DNA from: Candidatus Nealsonbacteria bacterium
GTDB lineage: Bacteria; Patescibacteriota; Minisyncoccia; Minisyncoccales; PWPS01
Length of the DNA stretch: 33,622 nucleotides
Assembly: GCA_003559635.1 (NCBI GenBank)
Contig: PWKU01000034.1
Coordinates: 1-33,622, forward strand
Direction: 5' to 3'
Shown: positions 26,621 through 33,622 of the stretch, in pieces
How the letters are laid out: each line of letters begins with the position of its first letter
Position numbering within the stretch: the first letter of the stretch is position 1
Program-made: the position numbers and the translations under genes
Notes under the pieces: generated by a model
Told to the model about the DNA's origin: nothing
What the model saw: the letters and a program-made list of their open reading frames with translations, nothing else
Databases searched by the model: none

Positions 26621-27764
26621 AAACATTAACGTGAAGGGAAGAGTTGTTCTGGTGCGTTGCGATTTTAATGTCTCTTTAAATGAAAATGGAGAAGTTGAAG
26701 ATGATTTAAGAATTAGACAAGTTCTCCCGACGATTCGTTATCTTTTAAAGAAGAAAGCAAAAGTTGTTCTACTTAGCCATTTCAGCTCAAAGGGGCAAAG
26801 TGCACACCCTGTTAAAAAATCGCTTTCCGGTCTTCTTAAGACAGAAGTGGGTTTTGTCGATGATTGTGTCGGGGAAAAGGTACTGGAAAAAATAAGGAAG
26901 ATGGAAGAAAGGGAAGTACTCCTTCTGGAAAATGTAAGAATGCATAAAGAAGAAGAAGAGAGTTCGACTGAATTTGGAAAGGAGCTGGCTTCTCTTGCCG
27001 ATTTTTTTGTTAATGATGCTTTTTCCGTTTCTCATCGTAGCCATGCTTCGCTAACACAAATTCCATTGTTTATTCCTGCCGTAAAAGGATTTTTAATGGA
27101 AAGAGAGATAAAGTTATTAGGTGATATTCGGAAGAATTCTAAAAAGTCGGTAGCGGTTATTATCGGAGGGGTAAAAATCAAATCGAAAATATCGGTGGTA
27201 AATTATTTTTTAAAAAATGCAGAACATGTTTTGCTTGGAGGAAAGATTGCTAATATGGTACTTATTGTACGGAAGATTGCGTTCAACCTTCCCTGGCCAA
27301 GCGATGAAATTGAAGAAGTGGTAAAAAAGATTGATTATACTTCTACCAAGCTCCATATACCGGTTGATGTTGTTTCATCGCCGGATAATACGGGAGAAAA
27401 AGGTGTTCGGGAAATAGCTCCGGGGAAGATAAGTGGAGAAGAAGATATTTTTGATATCGGGCCCGAAACGCGAAAACTTTACGGTGATATTTTAAAAGAA
27501 GCGGAAGTAATAATTTGGGCCGGACCACTTGGTTTTTCTGAGAAAAAGCCGTTTGAGGGCGGAACGAAAGAAGTAGGGGAAATGGTTGCCGAAAATAAAA
27601 AAGCTATTAAAATAGTCGGTGGGGGAGATACTATAAAAGCGTTTCAAAAATTTAATTTGTTGGAAAAAATGGATCTTGTCTCTTATGGAGGAGGAGCCAT
27701 GCTCGCATATTTGAGCGAGCAAGCCATGCCGGGAATTGAGGCGTTAGAAGAAAATCAACAATGA
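26592..27764 (+). CDS. pgk: Phosphoglycerate kinase
   Basis: RCDFNV, LLENVR, NDAFSVSHRSHAS, DIGP, GGGDT and GGGA motifs. Start uncertain. Confidence 0.93.
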   Translation: MLLKRKRTIRNINVKGRVVLVRCDFNVSLNENGEVEDDLRIRQVLPTIRYLLKKKAKVVLLSHFSSKGQSAHPVKKSLSGLLKTEVGFVDDCVGEKVLEKIRKMEEREVLLLENVRMHKEEEESSTEFGKELASLADFFVNDAFSVSHRSHASLTQIPLFIPAVKGFLMEREIKLLGDIRKNSKKSVAVIIGGVKIKSKISVVNYFLKNAEHVLLGGKIANMVLIVRKIAFNLPWPSDEIEEVVKKIDYTSTKLHIPVDVVSSPDNTGEKGVREIAPGKISGEEDIFDIGPETRKLYGDILKEAEVIIWAGPLGFSEKKPFEGGTKEVGEMVAENKKAIKIVGGGDTIKAFQKFNLLEKMDLVSYGGGAMLAYLSEQAMPGIEALEENQQ

Positions 27765-28879
27765 AAAACTTAAAAGAGGTTTCAGAAAGAATAAAAAAAG
27801 CGGTTGATGATAATGAAAAAATCGTCCTTTATGGTGATGCGGATTTGGACGGAGTTACTTCTGTGGTAATTCTAGAAGAGGCAATTGGTAAAATAGGGGG
27901 TAGAGCTGTTGTTTATATTTCCGACAGAGAAAATTGGGGCTACGGTTTGAGCAAAGAAGCTGTATTGAATATGAAGAAAGAGTCTCCGGCACTTCTTATC
28001 TCACTTGACTGCGGAATCAGTAATTTTGAAGGAGCGGAAACCGCAAACAAAGAGGGCTTTGATTTTGTAATTATTGATCATCACAAAACGCAGTCTAAAC
28101 TTCCAAAAGCTTCATTGATATTGGATCCGTTACAAGAAGGAGATCGATACCCTTTTAAAAAGCTGGCAAATGCCGGAGTGGTTTATAAGCTTACTCAGGA
28201 GATGCTGGGCAAAGATTTTCCGGCCAAGAAAAATAGGTTTTTAGAAATGGTTGTTTTGGCAACTATCGCTGACATGGTTCCCAAAGAAGCCGATAATAAG
28301 AAGTTTTTGGAAGAAGGATTGGGGCTTTTGGAAGATCCTTCAATCACTTCACTAGCGGTTTTAAAGGAAAGAACGGAAGAAAACTTTGTTGAGTATGTAA
28401 CGTCTCTATTAAATGTCACAAAGGCTAAAGGCACAGCAAATAACACATATTTTTTCTTTAAAGAAGATGATCCTCAAGAAATTGAGAATCTGATTAACGA
28501 GATAAAAGTAGATTATGAAAAGAGGAAGCAGGAAATAAAAGTGGAAGAAGAAAGGATAAGTGAGAAAGTAGATGAGGACTCTCTGTTTATCTTTGAAGAA
28601 GGTTCTTTTCCTTCTTCTTTAGCCGGTTCGGTTGCGTCAAAGATTATAAAAAAGCACGGCAAAACGGTTTTTTTGTATGCCAGAGAAGATGGTATTGCGA
28701 GTGGCTCTGTCAGAGTAGTTGTCGGCCAGGATGCGGTTGAAATGATGACGCACTGCAAAAAGTATCTGGAATCCTTTGGTGGACATCCGGAAGCCGCAGG
28801 CTTTATGCTAAAAGAAGAAAATATTGAAAATTTCAAAAATTGTTTAACGGATTATTTTTGTAAATATTTAAATAATTAA
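27761..28879 (+). CDS. RecJ-like DHH/DHHA1 phosphoesterase (short form)
   Basis: YGDADLDG, GYGL, LDCG, IIDHH, ATIADMVP, GSVR and GGHPEAAG motifs. Confidence 0.88.
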   Translation: MKNLKEVSERIKKAVDDNEKIVLYGDADLDGVTSVVILEEAIGKIGGRAVVYISDRENWGYGLSKEAVLNMKKESPALLISLDCGISNFEGAETANKEGFDFVIIDHHKTQSKLPKASLILDPLQEGDRYPFKKLANAGVVYKLTQEMLGKDFPAKKNRFLEMVVLATIADMVPKEADNKKFLEEGLGLLEDPSITSLAVLKERTEENFVEYVTSLLNVTKAKGTANNTYFFFKEDDPQEIENLINEIKVDYEKRKQEIKVEEERISEKVDEDSLFIFEEGSFPSSLAGSVASKIIKKHGKTVFLYAREDGIASGSVRVVVGQDAVEMMTHCKKYLESFGGHPEAAGFMLKEENIENFKNCLTDYFCKYLNN

Positions 28880-28883
28880 AAGT

Positions 28884-29327
28884 ATGAAAAAAATAACCAT
28901 CTACACCGACGGAGGAGCGCGTGGAAATCCCGGACAGGCCGCTGCAGGAACTGTTTTTTATAACGAAAAAGGAGAGAAGGTGAAGGAATACGGAAAATAT
29001 TTAGGAGATAACTTGACCAATAACGAAGCTGAGTACATGGCCGCTATTTTTGGTTTGGAGAAGTTCAAATCTTTCTTCGGAAAAAGAATTGCAAAAGAAA
29101 CGGAAGTGACTCTTTGCAGCGACTCGGAGCTTCTTGTGAACCAGTTGAACGGAAAATATAAAATTGAAAACGAGAAACTTCAACCTCTTTTTCTAAAATT
29201 ATGGAATCTTCGCTTGGATTTCAGAAAGGTAAAAATTTCGTCGGTTTCTCGGACAAAAAATAAAGATGCGGACAGAATGGTTAATGAGGTTCTTGATAAT
29301 GAAAAAAAGGCGACAAAATTGTTTTAG
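28884..29327 (+). CDS. rnhA: Ribonuclease HI family protein
   Basis: TDGGARGNPG, TNNEAEY, DSELLVNQ and NKDAD motifs. Confidence 0.9.
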   Translation: MKKITIYTDGGARGNPGQAAAGTVFYNEKGEKVKEYGKYLGDNLTNNEAEYMAAIFGLEKFKSFFGKRIAKETEVTLCSDSELLVNQLNGKYKIENEKLQPLFLKLWNLRLDFRKVKISSVSRTKNKDADRMVNEVLDNEKKATKLF

Positions 29328-29330
29328 AAA

Positions 29331-29894
29331 TTACTGAACTCTTCTCACATATTCTCCTGTGTCCGTATTTACCTCGACGGTGTCTTTTTCTTTTATAAAA
29401 AGAGGAGCGTCAATTTTCTTTCCCGTTTCCAGTGTTACTACTTTTGTTCCTCCTTCCGATCTGTTTCCCTTGACTCCCGGAGGAGCTTCTTCCACTTGAA
29501 GGCTTATTTTTATCGGTAGCAAAACATTGATAATTTTTTCTCCAAATAACAGTGTGGTGACAGGAGCTTTTTCCTTGAGATAATTTACTCTCTCGCCGAG
29601 GACGCCTTCATCCAACTTGAAGCGGCTTGAGGGATTGTTTTCTTCGTGAAAAACATATTCTCCCTTATGAGAGTAAACAAAAACGGCACTTCTCTTTTCT
29701 AAATCCGCTTCTTCCACCTCTTCTCCGGGGTGGAATGTTTTTTGCAAGACGGCACCTGTTCTGATGTTCTTTAGCTCTGCCTGCACAACAGATTTACCCC
29801 TTCCTTTTACGACATGGGAGTGTTTGGTTATTTCGTAGGGGTCTTCTCTTAAAATGATTACTTTTCCTTTTTTTATCTCATTATGCTTTAACAT
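29331..29894 (-). CDS. efp: Elongation factor P
   Basis: KGRG loop, PGVKGN, LETG, PLFI and T..GEY..R motifs. Confidence 0.95.
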   Translation of the reverse strand: MLKHNEIKKGKVIILREDPYEITKHSHVVKGRGKSVVQAELKNIRTGAVLQKTFHPGEEVEEADLEKRSAVFVYSHKGEYVFHEENNPSSRFKLDEGVLGERVNYLKEKAPVTTLLFGEKIINVLLPIKISLQVEEAPPGVKGNRSEGGTKVVTLETGKKIDAPLFIKEKDTVEVNTDTGEYVRRVQ

Positions 29895-29961
29895 GGCTGT
29901 TTGATTATTATCTTTTTATGAGTTATAATATAGCACAAACTTAAAAAAGGTGGGATGGGCG

Positions 29962-30339
29962 ATGATAATGGTCAATATTTTGGTGATCATTGCAGTTCTT
30001 TTTATTCTATTGGGAATATATACATTATTAATGAATGCACAAGACCGGAAAAATTCGGAGCAAGAAGGGAGAGAAGAGATGAGTATCCTCGCGAAGCTAT
30101 TTTCTATCTCCAAAGAAGAGGAAGAAGAAGGGAATGAGAGAGATATAAGGTTAGAAAAATATAAGAAAAAACTTGAAAGACTGGGATTTAATGGAAAAAA
30201 CTTGGAAGCTCTTCCAGAAAAAAAGAAGAAAAAAGTTCTCAAAATTCTTGATAATGGCTCAATGAGGTTATATATGGATCAATTACAGGAGGTCAGATCA
30301 GTGAAAAAGAGCCCCAAGAAGAACCTTAAAAGATGTTAA
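29962..30339 (+). CDS. Orphan single-TM protein with charged cytoplasmic tail
   Basis: TTGATT-17-TATAAT promoter (29901-29929); AAGGTGG 8 nt before ATG 29962; hydrophobic N-terminus; own terminator. Confidence 0.6.
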   Translation: MIMVNILVIIAVLFILLGIYTLLMNAQDRKNSEQEGREEMSILAKLFSISKEEEEEGNERDIRLEKYKKKLERLGFNGKNLEALPEKKKKKVLKILDNGSMRLYMDQLQEVRSVKKSPKKNLKRC

Positions 30340-30355
30340 TAGTCAAAAACATCTG

Positions 30356-30378
30356 GGCACCGAAAGGTGCTTTTTTTT
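30356..30378 (+). terminator. Rho-independent terminator
   Basis: GGCACC-GAAA-GGTGCT followed by a T run. Confidence 0.85.
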
Positions 30379-30413
30379 CCGCTTTTTTTGTTTTTTTGGT
30401 AAAATAACGCTAT

Positions 30414-31664
30414 ATGGAAAACAAAATCAATTTTGATGTCGCTATTATTGGAGGAGGGCCGTCGGGAATGATGGCCGCAATTTCGTCTGCTAGAAAAGGA
30501 GCCAGTGTTGTTCTACTTGAAAAGAATAAAAAGCTTGGGCAAAAATTATTACTGACCGGAAACGGTAGGTGTAATATAACAAATGCGGAATTTGATACAA
30601 AGAGATTGGTTTCATATTACGGGAAAAGAGGAAAGTTTCTTTTTTCCGCTTTTCATCTTTTTGGCCCACAAGAGGTAATGGATTTTTTGAAGGAAGAGAG
30701 GGTAAGCACTAAAATTGAGAGAGGCGGGCGCGTCTTTCCGAAAAGCAACAAAGCAGAAAGTGTGCTCAACGCTCTTATTAGATGTTTGAAAAAGAACAAT
30801 GTTACTGTTGTTTGCAACGCGAAGGTTCACCGTTTGGCGGAAAAAGATAAACGAATAAAAAAAATTGTGCTCCAAGGGAAGAAAGAGGTTTTTGCCAAAA
30901 ACTATATTCTCTGTGCCGGGGGAGTAGCATATCCGGCAACCGGATCTACCGCAGATGGAATAAGAATGGCAAAATCTCTCGGACACAAAATAGAGGAGAT
31001 TAATCCGGCGTTGGTGCCGATTAAAATTAAAGAGGGTTTTGTAAAAGATTTGGGGGGACTCTCTCTCAAAAATGTGGAAATTACTGCAAAGCGGGGGAAA
31101 AAGTCTTTGAAAAAATTTGGAGAGTGTCTGTTTACCCATTACGGAATGAGCGGGCCGATAATTTTGGAAATGAGCAAGGAAATAGGAGAAATGTGGAAAG
31201 AAGGGGAAGTAAGTTTGTTTCTTGATTTAAAGCCGGCACTGGATTGCAAAAAACTTGATCGTAGGGTTCAGCGTGATTTTCAGAAGTATGGCAATAAACT
31301 TTTTAAAAACAGTCTAAATGATCTTTTGCCCTCCAAATTAATTTTTCCGATAATAAAATTGTCCCGGATAGATCCGCAAAAAAAAGTTAATGAGATAACC
31401 AGGGACGAAAGAAAAAGACTGGTCGGCATACTGAAAAACATGGAGATGACCGTAGAAGGAACGATGGGGGTTGACTTGGCGATTACCAATACCGGAGGTG
31501 TTTCGCTTTCCGAAATAGACGAGAAGACAATGCGCTCGAAAAAAATTAACAACCTCTTTTTTGCGGGGGATATTATCGATTTGGACGGACCGACAGGAGG
31601 TTTTAATTTGCAAATGTGTTGGAGTACCGGATATGTGGCGGGAAAATCTTCTGCAAAACCATAA
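30414..31664 (+). CDS. HI0933/YhiN/BaiN-family FAD-dependent oxidoreductase
   Basis: GGGPSG, TGNGRCNITN, GRVFP, YPATGSTADG, LFTHYGMSGP and GPTGGFNLQ motifs. Confidence 0.95.
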   Translation: MENKINFDVAIIGGGPSGMMAAISSARKGASVVLLEKNKKLGQKLLLTGNGRCNITNAEFDTKRLVSYYGKRGKFLFSAFHLFGPQEVMDFLKEERVSTKIERGGRVFPKSNKAESVLNALIRCLKKNNVTVVCNAKVHRLAEKDKRIKKIVLQGKKEVFAKNYILCAGGVAYPATGSTADGIRMAKSLGHKIEEINPALVPIKIKEGFVKDLGGLSLKNVEITAKRGKKSLKKFGECLFTHYGMSGPIILEMSKEIGEMWKEGEVSLFLDLKPALDCKKLDRRVQRDFQKYGNKLFKNSLNDLLPSKLIFPIIKLSRIDPQKKVNEITRDERKRLVGILKNMEMTVEGTMGVDLAITNTGGVSLSEIDEKTMRSKKINNLFFAGDIIDLDGPTGGFNLQMCWSTGYVAGKSSAKP

Positions 31665-31703
31665 AAATTTTTATTATTATCATATATATTTAAATAACAA
31701 AGA

Positions 31704-32786
31704 ATGAAGAGACTGAAAAGGGTAAAAGCATTTTATGATAAATACGAAAGATACCTTATCCCCGGTGCGCTTGTTTTCGGATTTGTTACTGATGTATTAA
31801 CATTTCGGTTTATCAATTTTACCGCCGCGATGATTCTTCTGGCGGGCCATATTCTTTTTGTTGGAGTGAATATCACGGTTATCAATTTTTACGAAGTAAA
31901 GAGAATTACCGGAAAGTTTTTTTCTTACTGGCGCATACTTGCCCCTCTTTTCTTGCAATATTCTTTTGGTAACCTTTTTAGTGCTTTTCTAATCTTTTAT
32001 TCTCATAGTGGTTCGTTTTCTGCAAGTTGGCCCTTTATAGGTGTTGTCATATTTTTAATGATAGGAAACGAGGTTTTCCGTAAATACAATGTCCGGCCTT
32101 CTATCCAGATCAGTGTTTATTTTTTTGCAATTTTTTCATATCTGAATCTTCTTTTTCCGAACCTGTTAAAAGATTTGGGAGATTGGATTTTTATTGGTAG
32201 CGGACTTGTCAGTTTAACTGCAGTAGTGCTTTTTATCCATTTTCTTTCTTCTTATGTTCCGCAAGTTAAGGAGAGGAAGAAAACGCTGTCATTCTCCGTT
32301 GGGAGCATTTTCTTGGTAATGAATTTGTTTTATTTTTTCAATCTTATTCCTCCGATTCCTCTCTCGATTCAGGATATTGGCATTTACCACGATATAAGAA
32401 GAGTTGATGGCAGTTATGAGGTGTTAACCGAGGAGTGCGACGGTTATCTGAAATGTCTGTTTTTTTACGAGAGGAGGCATATATCGTCGGAAAGGGGACG
32501 GCTTTATCTTTACAGCGCGGTTTTTGCGCCGGAAGATATGAAACTTAACGTTTCCCATGAATGGCAAAAATTTAATGAGGAGAATAACAGGTGGGAAACG
32601 GCTGGAAATATTCCCTTTTCCGTTGTCGGGGGAAGAGACACGGGCTACAGATGGTATACTTATTATATGGTCACTCCCGGTTTCTGGAGAGTTAATGTTA
32701 AGACGGAGAAAGGGCAAACTATCGGTCGAAAAAACTTTTACGTTTTTGAAGAAGATAATATTATTAAAACAAAAAAGAAGATATAA
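31704..32786 (+). CDS. DUF2914-like multi-pass membrane protein
   Basis: About eight TMs; IPPIPLS; C-terminal SAVFAP..H.W..GGRD.GYR..G.WRV.V.T..GQ.IGR. Confidence 0.8.
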   Translation: MKRLKRVKAFYDKYERYLIPGALVFGFVTDVLTFRFINFTAAMILLAGHILFVGVNITVINFYEVKRITGKFFSYWRILAPLFLQYSFGNLFSAFLIFYSHSGSFSASWPFIGVVIFLMIGNEVFRKYNVRPSIQISVYFFAIFSYLNLLFPNLLKDLGDWIFIGSGLVSLTAVVLFIHFLSSYVPQVKERKKTLSFSVGSIFLVMNLFYFFNLIPPIPLSIQDIGIYHDIRRVDGSYEVLTEECDGYLKCLFFYERRHISSERGRLYLYSAVFAPEDMKLNVSHEWQKFNEENNRWETAGNIPFSVVGGRDTGYRWYTYYMVTPGFWRVNVKTEKGQTIGRKNFYVFEEDNIIKTKKKI

Positions 32787-32859
32787 TCTGTATTGTCGCC
32801 AAATGACATGGGGCTTGAGTATTGATAACATCTTATTTTTATAGTAATTTGAAGCCACT

Positions 32860-33570
32860 ATGACGAAAGAAAAAAACAACGAAAAATTTTTTACGGACAG
32901 GGATAAAACACTTTTGAAGCTTTTTTTTGTAACATTTTTACTGTCCATTTTAGTTCTGAACTGGAACGATCTTTCTTGGTTTATGAATGTTAGGACGGCT
33001 CCGCAACTTATTCGGCAAAATCTGTCGGGAGTTTTCTTTACGGAGAGAGGAGGAGAAGATAATGGAAAAGTAGAGGAAGAAGACGATAATGGAGATGATG
33101 AAGAGGAGATTGATCCCGCCGTTTACTGTGAAGGAAATGAAATAACAATTTCTGCTATAGATATAACGGCGCCGGTTGTGGAGGCGGGAGGAACAACGGA
33201 AGTGGAGTATAGGGAGGCCTTGGATAGAGGAGTAATTCACTTTCCGGGAACTGCCTATCCCGGGGAAGAAGGGATGAGTGTACTACTTGGGCATTCTGCT
33301 CCACCCGGATGGCCGAAAATTAACCATGATTGGGTTTTTACCGATATAGATGATTTAAAAGAAGGAAATGAAATTGAAGTTTGCTATAACAACATACTCA
33401 CCGTTTATACGGTAATCGATGAAGAAGAGGGCAAAAAAATATATGAAGTTGGTGAAGATGTTCCTCCCTTGTACTCTCCGGAGGAACAAAAAAAAGAAAT
33501 AGTTATAATGAGTTGCTGGCCTCCGGGGAGTAGCGACGGCAGAATAGGAGTTCGCGCTGTAGTCAAATAA
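32860..33570 (+). CDS. Sortase-family protein
   Basis: N-terminal TM; PGE.G..VL.GHS, F..ID.L..G.EI, IMSCWPPG...R (His/Cys/Arg triad). Confidence 0.88.
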   Translation: MTKEKNNEKFFTDRDKTLLKLFFVTFLLSILVLNWNDLSWFMNVRTAPQLIRQNLSGVFFTERGGEDNGKVEEEDDNGDDEEEIDPAVYCEGNEITISAIDITAPVVEAGGTTEVEYREALDRGVIHFPGTAYPGEEGMSVLLGHSAPPGWPKINHDWVFTDIDDLKEGNEIEVCYNNILTVYTVIDEEEGKKIYEVGEDVPPLYSPEEQKKEIVIMSCWPPGSSDGRIGVRAVVK

Positions 33571-33617
33571 CCTCCCAACACCCCCAAAAAAGCATTGCAG
33601 GGTCAGACCCTGCAATG
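33565..33617 (+). repeat. REP-like palindrome copy 3 with A/C-rich flank
   Basis: AGCATTGCAGGGTCAGACCCTGCAATG at 33591-33617. Confidence 0.9.
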
Positions 33618-33622
33618 TTAGA

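Noticed and set aside
32794-32818. Short matches (TGTCGCCAAA, ATGGGGCT) to the reverse complement of the 5050-5140 region
   Set aside because: Only 8-10 nt with different spacing; could be chance.
220-33615. Numerous short antisense or out-of-frame ORFs in the ORF track
   Set aside because: Shadows of well-supported genes, with Phe/Ser/Leu-rich composition typical of the antisense of purine-rich coding strands.

Overview
AT-rich, gene-dense bacterial chromosome segment. Gene content and style suggest Patescibacteria/CPR, probably Parcubacteria-like (inference): FISUMP protein, CPR-style peptidoglycan-binding proteins, sigma4+HARE-HTH protein, stand-alone VirD4-like ATPase, PGI/PMI, Arg-type EF-P and few Shine-Dalgarno sites. 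The left half holds envelope and glycosylation genes. The right half holds housekeeping genes (murB, hpf, secA, secD, secF, pgk, RecJ-like, RNase HI, efp, sortase). No rRNA, tRNA, CRISPR array or transposase was found. The most unusual signals are non-coding. (1) Two tandem small transcription units at ~15838-15900 and ~15995-16046, each with its own near-consensus promoter and U-tailed hairpin, are mutually complementary through two 12-nt blocks in permuted order. (2) A ~250-nt G-U-rich rod/three-way-junction fold lies between secA and secD, and its arm motif recurs at 5101. (3) An oriented REP-like palindrome occurs three times. (4) Several genes show a leaderless promoter architecture. All calls were made by eye from motifs; no database searches or folding programs were run.
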